Positions 51,898-64,000 of a stretch of DNA of 64,000 bases are shown one piece after another. Positions within the stretch are counted from its first letter, which is position 1, and every line of letters begins with the position of its first letter. Both the position numbers and the translations under genes were made by a program. Origin of the DNA: Octopus vulgaris (Eukaryota); contig OX597827.1 in assembly GCA_951406725.2 (NCBI GenBank), forward strand, positions 56,234,001 to 56,298,000. The letters are read 5' to 3'. Under the pieces are notes generated by a model. It searched no databases, was not told the origin of the DNA, and was given only the letters and a program-made list of their open reading frames with translations.

Positions 51898-53556
51898 GTA
51901 TGTTCTTTTAGCTTCATTCAACCATCGTCATCCAGACCATACTGGAGTTCTGCCATCAAGTTTTAATTCTAATATTTAAAAATAATTTCTTTGTTTTAAC
52001 ACCAAGTGATAACAGTTATTGTTTAATGTCAATTCAGCTTTTATTGAGTTAGCCTATGATAAAATAAAACATTTCTCAATGTGGATGTCTTGTCCTCTTC
52101 CTAGATGTAGTATGTATAGGAATACATTATGCAATATTTTCTTCCATTTTTAAGATGGTAATATGCATTTTGAGATAGATTTGGCTGTCATTTCTACCAG
52201 TTTGAGTGACCACATAGAGGCCCTATTGATCACAGCTTCATCAAAACTAACTTAGAGTTAAACAGCATCAAACATAAGAAATAATCCTTTCTACTATAGG
52301 CACGAAGCCAGATAATTTGATTACATCAACCCTACTGCTCATCTGGTACTTATTTTATTGACCCCTGAAAGTATAAAAGGCAAAGTTGACCTTAGTGGAA
52401 TTTGAACTCAGAATGTAAAGCCAAAAGAAATGCTACAAAGCATTTTGCCCAAAGTAATAACAGTGTTTCTAACATAAACCTAATATTTTAGTAAGTGGGA
52501 TTAGTTGGTTAAATTGACCCAGTGCTTGCTGCTACTTTATTTTATTGACCACTGAGAGATGAAAGACAACATTGCCCATGGCACGATTTGAACTCAAGAC
52601 ACTAAGAGCCAGAATAATTGTTGCAATGCATTGTCTCTCCTGCTCTGACAATTCTGCCAACCCACTGCCCATAATAATAATAATCCTTTCTACTATAGGC
52701 ACAAGGCCTTGAAAATATGGTGGGGGAAGGGGGCTAGTCGATTATATCGACTCCAGTGCATAACTGGTACTTATTTCATCGACCCATGAAAGGATGGAAG
52801 GTAAAGTTGGCCTTGGCAGAATTTGAACTCAGAACATAGCGGCAGACGAAATACCACTAAGCATCTCGCCCATCGTGCTAACAATTCTGCCAGCTCATCA
52901 AATTAATAATAATGGTTTCAAAATTTGGCACAAGATCAGCAATTTCAGCAGAGTGGGTAAGTCGATTACATTGACCCCAGTTCTCAACTGGTACTTATTT
53001 CATCAACCCTGAAAGGCTAAAGGGTGAATTTGATCTCGGTGGAATTTAAACTTAGAGCATAAATGGATGAAATGCCACAAGCATTTTATCCGGTGTGCTA
53101 ACGCTTCTGCCAGCTTGCCACCTTAATAATAATAATAATAATAGTTTCAAATTTTTCCATAAGGGCAGCAGTTTGGTGGGGTAGATTAGTTGATTACATC
53201 AACCCCAGTGTTGTAAAATATGTAACTTGGTACATATTTTATTGACTCCAAAAGTATGAAAGGCAAAGTCAACCTTGGCAGAATTTGAGCTCAGAACGTG
53301 AAGACAGATGAAATGCCACTAAGCATTTTGCCTGGCATGCTAACAATTCTGCCAGCTCGCCATCTTAATAATAGTAATAATAATAATAACCACATTCATC
53401 TGAGACACTTCAATCTCAATACTGCTGACATTCTCACTGTTTTTTGTTTTCAGTCCTAATATTATATTTCTGGTCATATAATAATAGTCTCACCTCATTT
53501 TAAATAAAAATCCTTTTTATGAACACTAAATTGTTTTCCCTCTTTGTCATTTACAG

Positions 53557-53667
53557 GTAGACTTAAATTACCGAAAGATTTGGGACAAACTGGTAATTAA
53601 GCTTGACATAGTTGACCGTGATGAAGAGTCTGGTTCTGAGATAGTTCATTGGATCACACACTTTCCT
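53557..53667 (+). CDS. STARD7: STARD7 exon 5
   Basis: ttacag acceptor, GTGAGT donor. Encodes VDLNYRKIWDKLVIKLDIVDRDEESGSEIVHWITHFP (START domain). Confidence 0.95.
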
Positions 53668-55461
53668 GTGAGTTGAACCAACTGATTTTATTTTATTTGT
53701 TCATTTTTAACATCCCAAGTTCAAGAAAAGAAATTACATAATATATTTTAGTGCTTATTTTATATTTACATCATAGAAAAGTCATGAGAGCCTTTTAAAA
53801 ACTCACATAAACCTTTATTTGCTTTCCATTTTATTTTGTGATAGTATATACTATGTGTCATTTTGTTCCCCATCATCAGCATCTTATAATAGCCATGTTC
53901 CATGTTGGCATGGGTTACATGGTTTGAGAGGATCTGACGGGGCCCAAGGGTTACATAATGCTCCAGTGTCTGCTTTGACATAATTTTTATGGGTGGATGC
54001 CTTTCCTAACAACCAGTCACTTTACAGTGATACTGGTTGTTTTTTCTCATGACACCAGCACTTGTGTAGTCACTGTGCAGCTTTCAAGACTATGAACCCT
54101 CAGGGACCAATTTTATGCTCGAAGATGAGGAATGAAGAGAGGTAAGGTTTAAGAAAAAAAGGGCTCAAGCAGGTTTCATGTTGTAGAGGAGCTACATAGC
54201 TACTCACGGTTTAGAAGAGTGTGTGGAGCTAGAAAACAGTATAAATAGTGGGGATGAGATGACTGGATGGATCTTCAAGGTACAAAGTGGGCAGGAATGA
54301 GTGAGGTGGGGAGTAGGAAATGGAGTGTATCCCAAGTTATTTACCAAACAAGTACAGCTTGTATAGTTTATATTTCTAATCTAAATTATGGATATAAATA
54401 TAAAAGGGAAACAATGTTGCCTGTATCTGCATCTTTATTTTTCAGTTCTATCATTGATTTAACATTTTCATTACCTTATTTCTTTCTAATAAAACTGCCT
54501 TAGTACTTCATTTAAATTTCTAACCAATCAAGAATTTGGAATAGTTTACTAAAAATTACTGTAACCTTTGTATTCATTGGTATTGTTTAGGACAGATTTT
54601 ATTTTGTACAATTGTTAACTGTGACCAGCCTGTATGACAAAAGAATGTTATATTGTATAAAAGCTATTTCAGTGTCATAAAAATATTAGTAAATCCTTTT
54701 GATACCAACCTGCCTGAGACCAATCCTTATCCTATAATACAAAACCTATAACATTAAAATTTTCATATGAGAACCTTCTATTGTAATTTTATGTTAGCAC
54801 CTTTTGTAATGTTTCAGATACCATCTTATTAACGGGAAAAAAAATCAGTTGTTTTACTAAAACCTTCCAAATTCTGAATTATTTTCAAAATATATTGAAA
54901 TACATAGACTGTGTTTCATTAGAAATGTGATGATGAAAGAGTTAAGCAGAGCAGATTCATTTATAGTTATATTAAGACATGAAGACATGGTCAATTACAA
55001 TTACACAGCAGTGGATTAACCCTTTAGCCTTTTAACTACCCATACCCAGCCCAAATATTGGACATATTTTATGTACAAAATGGATAGATCTGGTCTCTCA
55101 TACCTATCCAACAATACCGTTCTTAGAATAAATAATTACACCATCAAAATCTTGAAGCTATGAGATAAAGCATGATTAATTCAGAATAATGTGAATAAAT
55201 AAGCATTACATTTGACAGAATAATCAGAATGTTAAAGGGTTAAGGATTGAAGATTTTTAATAAAAGAAGTGTCTATAAATGAAGCTGGTGGCCAACTTTA
55301 AGATAGCCTTTTCTCAAGGGGCTCAGTTTTCATCCCATCTTAGGCATCACATTACATCTCTGGGCAAACCCTTAACTTGCAAGAAAATTAAGTCTTGCTC
55401 TCAATCAAGAAATCTTATTTGTGCTTTGTGTAAAATTTTTCTCTTGTGTTTCTAATTCCAG

Positions 55462-55506
55462 TATCCAATGTACAGTCGAGAATATGTATACAGAAGAAGA
55501 TTCAAT
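55462..55506 (+). CDS. STARD7: STARD7 exon 6
   Basis: ttccag acceptor, GTAAGT donor. Encodes YPMYSREYVYRRRFN. Confidence 0.95.
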
Positions 55507-57158
55507 GTAAGTTAACTCTTCATTTCTACATCTTTTGCACATGTGTTCATTGAAAAGAAAAATATTTGAATTTTATTAGCGTATTTGAAGGCATAATAAA
55601 CACCCCCCGATTTCAGCAGTTCATATTCAGATCAAAGTGAATATCAGGGACAAAATTAGTTTATGGGAGACCCAAATTTTCATATAGGATCTGGGGTGGG
55701 TTTTTTTTTTTTTTTTTTTTTTTTTTGCGATATTTTTCTGAAAACCTGCTGCAGCTTCCCAGCTCTGGTCAAACCATCCAGCCTATGCCAGTATGGAAAA
55801 TGGATGCTAAAGGATGGTGATGTTAGCAAGCTATCCCTAATGGATCTGCTACTTGGTCTCCCTTCATCTCATTCGCCAAACTTGAAACTAACCTTGATAA
55901 TTGACTGGTATTATTTTATGTCATTTCTCACTATCCCACTCGTAATCCTCTTATAATAACTCTTCTATGGATCTTTCTTTTCATTATCACTAACGGAAGC
56001 GCACTAAAGTTATTTCTTGTTCCTGATGACATCCTGAGTCATAATTTATTCCTTTTGAATTCTCTTGTCTCTTGTTTTTACTTGTGTAAAATTTTACTCT
56101 CAGCTCCTCTTCCTACCAGCAAGCAGTAAAGATACAGCTCTGCTGGCTTCTGTTCACTTCTATTCCAATGTAGAAGTTACCCATTTTTCTGGCTCAAACT
56201 TTTGCTGAAAAAGTTGTTTATTTAATATTCAGATTACTCTGCTGCAAAACATAATCATCCATTATCTTGTAGCTTTGAAATTTTGATTGTTCATTTTTAG
56301 AGTGATTGTAGGATAGATGTTAGAGGCTGGATCTCGCCAAGTTGAATATAAAACAGGTAGAATATTTGGACTGGATATGACTAGTTTAAATGCTAAAGGG
56401 TTAATCCCATGCTAGCTCTGATTGAGAAGGCTTACAATCAAATGCATTTCAATCATGACCATCTCCTCTTTTTTTCTGCAAGTGGCATATTTTGGACCAT
56501 ATTATCCACTGTGACCTTCCTTTTTTTATGATAATTATGATGTATAATATAGCTTTAATGTAGAAAATACTGTATAAATTAGGGATGCAATTCAAACTGA
56601 TCTGGGCATGGTCATGTTCTTAAAGGTATTCACTTCACAATCACATAGGTTTTTTGATTTGATATATATGACACTCTAGGCATTTGTCTTCTGCTATAGT
56701 CTGGGGTTAACTAATGCTTTGTGAATCAAACTGGATAAATGAAAATTGTGCAGAAGACTATCAAATGGACTACAATCTGTTCTTAATGAATAGATTTCAT
56801 CCACTGCCCAGTTTAACACTGCCACTTGGCTTTTGGGTGGATTTAGCAGATTTCATTGTTTTAAGCATTTGGCATGAGGATACTCTTGAACTATAGTTTA
56901 ATCTTTTTTTTTTTTTTTTTTTTTCATATATCTCAGGGACCTGCCAAAAGTCATAGGTGCTTCCCTTCCCTGTTCTGATGAATCCATAAAATCTTAAAAA
57001 GTGGGATTCAAGTTCTTATTTTGTCTACTACTTATTTAAATTCTTTTACTTCACCTTACAGCTCCCATGCAGAAAAAAAAAGGAAAATGCTTGAAACTTT
57101 AAGTAAATTGTCTTCCAAAATGATTTTCACCTTTTTTTATGATTGGTTTGTTTTTCAG

Positions 57159-57296
57159 ATTGATGAAGAAAACAAACTGATGGTGATGACTTCCTACTCT
57201 GTGTATCATCCGCGCTGTCCTCTGAACTCTGATTTTGTCCGTGTCAACGATTACACTTCAAAGATGGTTGTTAAGCCCCACTCTAACTTCAATGAC
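57159..57296 (+). CDS. STARD7: STARD7 exon 7
   Basis: tttcag acceptor, GTAACC donor. Encodes IDEENKLMVMTSYSVYHPRCPLNSDFVRVNDYTSKMVVKPHSNFND. Confidence 0.93.
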
Positions 57297-57629
57297 GTAA
57301 CCATCCTGTTTTTATTCATTAGTACTTTCTGTATTGTTAAATGTTCATATGCACAGTAATGTAGATGTGTGAGAATGGATAAAGAGAGAGAGAAAACGGC
57401 AAAAAATTTATTCTTGTGTGAAAACTTTCAATATCTTTTTTGTTCTTGTTTTCATCTTTACACCTGCAATGTTTTTTTTAAAACTTGTATGAGCAAGTTT
57501 GTGTAGTAATTCCTGTGTGTATATGTGTGTGTGTGTGTATTTATATTTGGATGAAGTTAAAATAAATATCGATGAATACTTTCCTATTCATATAACTGTC
57601 AATTTTAATATCTATTTTATCTTCTTCAG

Positions 57630-57714
57630 AATGGTTTTGATTATGTGCTAACTTATTCTGATGACCCACAAGCTGCCTTCCCAATGTTTGCCTACAACTG
57701 GATGGCTACTACTG
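57630..57714 (+). CDS. STARD7: STARD7 exon 8
   Basis: cttcag acceptor, GTATAT donor. Encodes NGFDYVLTYSDDPQAAFPMFAYNWMATT. Confidence 0.94.
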
Positions 57715-57813
57715 GTATATAAAGATTTTTCTCTCTTCGACTCATACAATGCTTCTGATGACACTTGTATTGACATCTTCATCTTCATCGCTTTACGAAA
57801 TGTTTTAACATTT

Positions 57814-58314
57814 AACCCTTCAGTATTTAAACAGGCCGTATCTAGCCTAAATATTCTACTGTTTATATTCAAAGTAGCCAGATCTAACCTCTCACACCAA
57901 CCCTGCAATATTGTTCTAAAAATGAACAGTTACCTCATCAAAATCTCAAAGCTACAAGATAATGCAAGATTATTCTGTCTAACCCTTCAGTATTTAAACA
58001 GGCCCTATCTGGCCTAAATATTCTACTGTTTATATTCAAAGTAGCCAGATCTAACCTCTCACACCAACCCTGCAATATTGTTCTAAAAATGAACAGTTAC
58101 CTCATCAAAATCTCAAAGCTACAAGATAATGCAAGATTATTCTGTCTAACCCTTCAGTATTTAAACAGGCCCTATCTGGCCTAAATATTCTACTGTTTAT
58201 ATTCAAAGTAGCCAGATCTAACCTCTCACACCAACCCTGCAATATTGTTCTAAAAATGAACAGTTACCTCATCAAAATCTCAAAGCTACAAGATAATGCA
58301 AGATCATTCTGTCT
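57814..58314 (+). repeat. Tandem triplication (167-bp unit) of a TTAA-MITE fragment
   Basis: Units start at 57814, 57981 and 58148 and are nearly identical. Confidence 0.92.
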
Positions 58315-58658
58315 TTATTCACATAAAGTTACATATCAAAATCTCAGGGCTGTAAGATAACACATGATTAATTCAAGTATGAAAAATTGCTAATATTTCC
58401 TTCTTCAGATCATGAGCAGGTGTAGTTGCAGAGCATCATAGCTATGAAAGGGATTCTTTGGGGTTTGAATAAATGTAACAAAAGCAAAGTTTGAAGGAAA
58501 TATTAGCCATTTTCCATATTTTCTAGGAGTAAGCAAATAGGAAATAACAATAACTACCCAAGGACAAAAGTCATGTTACACAGTGTAATTTAATTAACAG
58601 GTTTTTTTTCTTTTTCTGTTTTTTTTTGCTCATATGTTTTCCTCGTCTTGTTATCCAG

Positions 58659-58795
58659 GAGTTCCTGAGTTTGTTGAAAAACTACACCAAGCTGCAAAGA
58701 AACTTCATAAAAATGGAAATTACGATAAAACCTTTGTACCAGATTCCTGTTCTGTTGATACAAACCAGTACAGTCGTATCTCTAGCTACTGTTGA
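58659..58795 (+). CDS. STARD7: STARD7 exon 9 (last coding exon, TGA stop)
   Basis: atccag acceptor. Encodes GVPEFVEKLHQAAKKL...SSYC*, resembling GMPDFLEKLHMATLK. Candidate AATAAA signals downstream at 59499, 61467 and 61681. Confidence 0.93.
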
Positions 58796-61700
58796 GCTGA
58801 TAGTCTTAGCTTTGTTTTCCTCTTTCCTTTCCCCTTCTATCCTCCTCAACAATCAATTAACAATTTTGGATTTTCCAAATGATGTGGTAGTCAAGTCTAC
58901 TAAGTAGATGGTTTACTTTACTTCAAAGATGGCAATCATTTCAGAAGATTACGTCTTCTTTGTCTTTCTTTAATGGTCTTTCCCTCAGTCTGATCAACTC
59001 CTCTTTTTCTGAGCTTCTTTCTCCTCTTTAGTCATCCTATAAAACAAAATATGTTTATAAATTAGTTGGAGGAGGAGGGACAGTGCCCATTATAACTGTA
59101 GGTTCTCTCAGATTTGTGAGATTGATGCTATTGGTTTTTTTTTTTTTCATATGCCAAATAGAGTTTTTACCAGTTCTATTTGAAAGGAATTTTTCTTGTT
59201 ATATTTGCAAGCTGTAACAAAGGGAGGATTATTTTGGCATTTTTTAAATGGGTTTTTGGTTGTTGTTTATTTTTTACATCTAAATCATGAATTTATGAGA
59301 AACAACAAAATCTGCTTAAAAAATATGCCATTTCTCATTACAAAATTTTTTTTTTTTGTTCAATTCTTTTTGGTTTTAAAAAATAGCTGAAGAGGACAAC
59401 TGGTCATGTGCTTGCATGTTGTGATAAATATATGTGTATTTTATTTTGCAAACCATTATCTTTTTGTATTTTTGTTTTGTTTTGTTTTTTTTTAAATGAA
59501 TAAACTATAACAGATAAAAAAAAATTTTTTTTTTAAATAAGTTTCATTCTAATTCATAAGTGCTTCAAGATCCATAAAGTCTAAAGCAAGTTCCTTGTGA
59601 GCCAAATAGTTTTGTTTTCATTGATAGTTAAAGCTTGTTTTTTTTTTTCTTTTCATTTACTTGCTTATGCTTTTGGGAACACAATGATTGTCACATCTCC
59701 GATTTCTTATTTTGAAGAACATAGGGGTTCTGGAGAAAGTGCAAGTGGGATGACATGGTATTTGACTACTAGAACATACATGTGAAGTTCAAATCTGCTA
59801 CAAGCATTTCATTGTGTATATATATCAGTGCCCTCAATTCCATTCACCTCAGTTCATCTGGTTGTAAATAGTCAACTTGGGAATTGCAGTTACCTGCAGT
59901 TGATTGGCAAGCTGTCCTGAGTAATGCTTACCTCTTTCACTTGATTGTATAAAACCAGAGGAGACACACTTGGGCACTGATTTTCAAAAGTTGCTTGTGG
60001 CTTTTTGAGTCATTTACATTTTCTGGAGAAAACAGTGGAAGATTGACTCTGTGTTAAAAACACAGCAAAGTATGTTTAATTTGATAAAAATTAATTATAA
60101 ACTTCAGTCAGTGCCTTGACCACATTTAACTGCTGCTATTCCTCATTTTCTTTTTGTTTGGGGTTTTTTTTTTCTTTTTTATGCTCCTACTATTACAACA
60201 AAATTTCTTCTCTTTAAAGTATCTTCATAATCTGTTGGAGATTCTTTTGTTTGTAATGAATATAATGAGATGTAAAGTACTGTATGCATGCTTTAGTGTG
60301 TAAGTTTAAATTCAGTTCTCAAATAGGATAACCCTCTTTGCAGAATAAGTATAAACATAGAATTGATGAAGTGGTGAGACCATGCATAGAGTGAACCAGA
60401 CAACTAAGAACAGAACAAAATGCAAGTTAAAATGAATGACACCAAACAGGAAAATAAAATAACATACTCCCAGAAAAATAGCACCTGTGTCCAACTTAGG
60501 TATATCAAAGAAACCGGTCATTTATTAAAACTACCCTTGACCTTGATGTAGTCATGGCAGTAACTACATTCTAGGATCATGCATCTCCTGCACAAACTGC
60601 CCACCATTCCTACAGTGGCAACTGATACCATTGGTTGCCTGCCTACTGTCTCTAACAATGCTCCAGATACAGTAGTCAAAACAGCTAGAAGACCGTGTGG
60701 TTTTGATGGTAAAGGTAGAGTTGCATAACCAGAGTTCACTCAAGTCTTTGCTAGACATGAACTGCTCTTTTCTTATAGGACTTGTATAGGGTGTCTTCGT
60801 GCACCACACATCAGATAGTGAACTCTGCCACTTTGAAACGTTCACCAATGGACCTTATTTGATTCACTGGGATGATTGGTAATGTCCTTATTCTGTTAGA
60901 CAAGCTTGGTTGTCCTGGTGATGTCTGACTGCTGAGAATGTTTCTTTGCCATGGTTATTGGATGACATCCATGCATGAGGTCCTTAGCTTTTTCCCAATG
61001 CTGAGCATAAGACAGCTTTGTTCAAGAAGTTGACAGTCTTGGAATTGCTCTATTTTGCAAGTTCCTTTTATTTCCTCTGTCAGATTGGAATCTGCCATGT
61101 TGATACTATTGAAATGTCTAAAAGAGGTACAAGAAATTTACAATTTGGTGTATACTACAAAACTATGTTAGGTTGTCCTCTGTTTATGACCTGCTAAAAT
61201 TGTATTCACAAATACCTAGGTTACCCTGAAAAGTGACATTCTGAAACTACTGTGTATGTGTGTCAGTCGTTTTTAAGTTGTCAACCAATGTTGCTCTTTA
61301 TCCACTTAACTCTCACTACTTCTGCATGCCTAGATTTTAATAGGCACTACAAGGATGATATAGTTTGTCTTTAGTTAGTAATTGTGTGATTGAGGATTGC
61401 TTTCTTAGAAAGAATTCACATCTTTAGGGAATGAGAAGAAGGACTCTGCAAATCTTTATTAATTTCAATAAACATTAAAGATCTAATTATAGGGGTAGTT
61501 GTTTTTTTTGTATCAGGTTTTATTCTTCTAAATGCATTGTGAGTGAAATTAATTTCATGAAATGTAACTCTGTATCAAACTCTTAACTGCTCTATCTGTT
61601 GATTTGTGAAAAGCCCATATTAAGTACATTTGGTAAATTCTGTCTAGTTTCCTGGAAGTAAGAAAAAAAATTAAACCCTCAATAAAAGTTTGAAACCTGG

Positions 61701-64000
61701 AATTTCTGGTTAAAGCTATATCCATTTACTTCGTTAATACATTCATATAAATAGCAAGAAGTATGAAAGTCACACTCCAGTTTCCTCTCACATACAATTC
61801 TCAAAGCTTATCATTCAACAATGGTTAATTATAAATGGTTGGCAGTAAATGCAAGCATTTGTTCATTACATTTTATATATCTCATTTAATATACAAAGGA
61901 GCTACTAAATAGTTTCCTGCTTTAGGATAAATTAAATTGGCAGACTTATATAACATGCTATGTATCTCCAAGCAATCTTTCAGGCTCAAATCATAACATT
62001 GGATGTATTTATAAACCTATAATGGAACTGTAAAACATATATATATATATATCATGCTATTAGAATCATAGAAATATTTAGGATAAATAAGGCAGTGAGC
62101 TGGCAGAAGCGTTAGCGCGCTGGTCGAAATGCTTAGCAGTATTTTCTCTGCCGTTACGTTCTGAGTTCAAATTCCGCCAAGGTTGACTTTGCCTTTCATC
62201 CTTTTGGGGTCGATAAATTAAGTACCAGTTACACACTGGGGTCGATTTAATCGACTTAATCTCTTTGTCTTTCCTTGTTTGTCCCCTCTGTGTTTAGCTC
62301 CTTGTGGGCAATAAGGAAATAAGAAATCGTTAGGATAAATTGGTATATTTAGAATTTTCTTTGGTAAAACTCTAGGGAAAAGTAAGTTAAATTCTATTTG
62401 GTATTGTTGATTCTGAGATGCTTTGGAGAGATATTCCTATGCATAATAGCTAATGCAAACTTGGGATGAGAACCATTTAAGACTTTAGTGTTTACTGATT
62501 AGCCAGTGATGAGACCTCTCTTAGGTTAGGCTGCTACATGTCAAAACCAAATTTCCTTAAAACTACATTTAAGTCTTGGATAATGTCCAAGGTACACTAT
62601 TCCAGAAAGAGTAGACAATGTTTTTTGATTATAGGTCATCAGTGTTTTTTTAGCTGACTAAAATGTTGATGGTACAATAGCTGAATAGTAGAAATGTCAG
62701 TCTGCTGCTGGTTCATTTATTCTAGTTTAGACCTTCTTATTTAACATCATGTAGTTGATAGGCCTTCTCTGAAATTCTTGAGTAAGAGAACTGCCAAAAG
62801 TGGAAAACACCAGAAAGCACTTATCAGGCTCATTTAAACCAGCCAGAATATTCTATGTTTTATGTTCAAATCAGCTGGATTCTGGTCTCTCACACCTATA
62901 TTATAATGTTATAAAAATAAAGCAATGACATCATTATGATCTCAGAACAAGGTGAGGCATGATTAATTCAATATATTTTAACCCTTTAGCATTCAGATTC
63001 CTTTAAGTAATTTTTTGTAATTTTTTTTCTCTGTGATGAAAAAAAAACTATATTTATATACATATATATATTTATAGAGAGAGAGAGGGGGGTAGACACA
63101 GGTATGACTGTGGTTAAGCAGCTCACTTTGCAACCAGGTAGTTTTGGGGTTCAGTCCTGCTCTGTAGCAGTTTGGGCCAGTATCTTCTAATATAGCCAAG
63201 TCAGCCAAAGCCTTGTGAGTGTGTTTATGTCTCCATAATTTGGTAGTTCAGCAAAAGAGACTTTAAAATAAAACTCACTCAAATGGTGCCCCAGCTTGGC
63301 CAGTTGAATGACAATAAAAGATGTTTCAGACATGGTACTTTTCCATGTAAAGTTGGATTATATTTGCTATTGTTGATCCTGAGATGCTTTGAAGAGATAT
63401 TTCTATGCATAATAGCTAATGCAAACTTGGGATGAGAACCATATAAAACTTTAATATATACTGATTAGCTTGTGATGAGACCTCTCTTTGGTTGAGCTAT
63501 GACATGTCAAAGCCAAATTTCCTTCAAACTACATTTAAGTCTTGGATAATGGATGTCATTCCAACTTCTCAGTTTAATGGTTGATATATATGTATTCCAA
63601 CCATTCTGAAGAATCTTTGATGTAACACAAAGACTGGCTGGCCTGGACTTGGCTCGTACCAAATTTACTCCCTTCACAGAAAATTTTCTATATATATATA
63701 TACACACACACACATTCATATGCGCTCACCCTCATACATAAACACACCATTCTTACATATGTGCACCCAAGTTTGGCCAGGACACCATTATTTTCTCCCT
63801 TTCACTCACCCTCTTCTTCCAGTCATTTCATCATGTTGAACCATTAATCCCTACACATTTTCTCCACCCTTTTTCTCAAAGACCATAGGCTCAAAACATC
63901 AAGGTCTTTTCCATTCTTCTGATACACCTGCTTGTTGTTCCTTCACCTGTCTTCGTTTTTTTTGTTTTCTGTAAACTAATATAAATGAGACTCCATGTAC

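Overview
AT-rich, repeat-dense eukaryotic DNA. The SINE, microsatellite and intron content looks like an octopod cephalopod (Octopus-like); this is inferred from repeat style, not from a search. Two multi-exon genes point away from each other. (1) Minus strand: the first 12 coding exons (1504 nt, about 501 codons, phases consistent) of a CFAP43/WDR96 cilia- and flagella-associated WD-repeat gene, ATG at 31895, continuing off the left edge. An RFX X-box/forkhead motif cluster lies just upstream of it. (2) Plus strand: a complete 9-exon STARD7 gene (mitochondrial START-domain phosphatidylcholine transfer protein, 371-381 aa) at 42485/42515-58795. An intact tRNA-Ser(GCT) gene lies between them. 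The rest is tRNA-derived SINEs (often in tandem), fragments of RTE, R4-like and CRE-like LINEs, two decayed Penelope-like elements (one Naiad-like), Helitrons, Tc1/mariner relics, several MITE families, and micro/minisatellites. The most unusual signals are four type-I hammerhead-ribozyme-like motifs, all on the CFAP43 sense strand in short elements flanked by dinucleotide repeats, and a near-perfect hairpin with 125-bp arms 82 nt upstream of a CFAP43 exon. Most ORFs in the supplied track are repeat artefacts.
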